Source: Tubulanus polymorphus
Taxonomy: Eukaryota > Animalia > Nemertea
NCBI RefSeq assembly: GCF_964204645.1
Contig: NC_134032.1
Coordinates: 10,652,275-10,716,274, forward strand
Direction: 5' to 3'
DNA: 64,000 bases
Below the pieces are notes generated by a model. It saw nothing but the letters and a program-made list of their open reading frames with translations. It made no database searches and was not told the origin of the DNA. The translations under genes were made by a program, and so were the position numbers. Shown one piece after another: positions 63,507-64,000 of the stretch; the first letter of the stretch is position 1; every line of letters starts with the position of its first letter.

Positions 63507-64000
63507 CTGGACGATAAGGTAGAAAACGGCTTCCACCTTTTTGTTAAATTTGTTTCACGACTTAAACACGAGCGCACGCATAACCCCCTTATTCACTGGA
63601 GCACCACTCATGAGAGCACATGTTTAAATCTTATTTGCTTCTCAAATTCATTTCATTATTTTGTGAGTACTTTTTCTTACATTACGGACTGCACGTTTTT
63701 TTCCAGATCAATAGCCGGCACCGATTTTGAATTTTAAAGCATTCGCTACATTATTTTTGAATATTCTCCCTTTGAATATTTTTTTTTTCATTTCTAGTAA
63801 ATCTTGTCCTTTTTCTTTTCTTCAGAAAGGTAATTGCTCAGTGATGCTCGTACAATATCGCCGTCCACAATGGAGAAAGAGGCAATAACTCACCACAGCA
63901 GATTGAAACAAGAAAATTAATTTTAGAAAATTATTTGACGCCTGCGAAAAAAATGTAGAATTTCTGGGCTAAGCTAATGTGGAATTGCAAATTCGAAATC

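Overview
AT-rich, repeat-rich, intron-containing animal genomic DNA (invertebrate-like; species cannot be determined from sequence). I reconstructed three host genes by hand from splice signals and reading-frame phases. (1) The last three coding exons of a CLCA-family (calcium-activated chloride channel regulator-like) gene, + strand, 296-1653. (2) A 10-exon type I membrane protein with signal peptide-EGF-like-CUB-TSP1-CUB-TM architecture, + strand, 6690/11448-33975. (3) An 11-exon secreted, probably GPI-anchored protein made of four 6-cysteine modules, - strand, 61866-41533, with one in-frame TGA. The main find lies in an intron of gene 3: a 12,646-bp Mutator-like (MULE) DNA transposon at 45638-58283 with 44-bp TIRs and a perfect 9-bp TSD. 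Its 1915-aa ORF is only the last exon of a larger spliced gene. Ten small upstream exons join it in frame to give a polypeptide of at least 2232 aa: SGNH/GDSL hydrolase, C2H2 finger, Ulp1-like (C48) protease, S/T/P repeat linker, GATA zinc finger, MULE DDE transposase, SWIM, two C2H2 fingers and a PHD finger. The rest of the window is MITEs, SINEs, truncated LINE tails, minisatellites and microsatellites.
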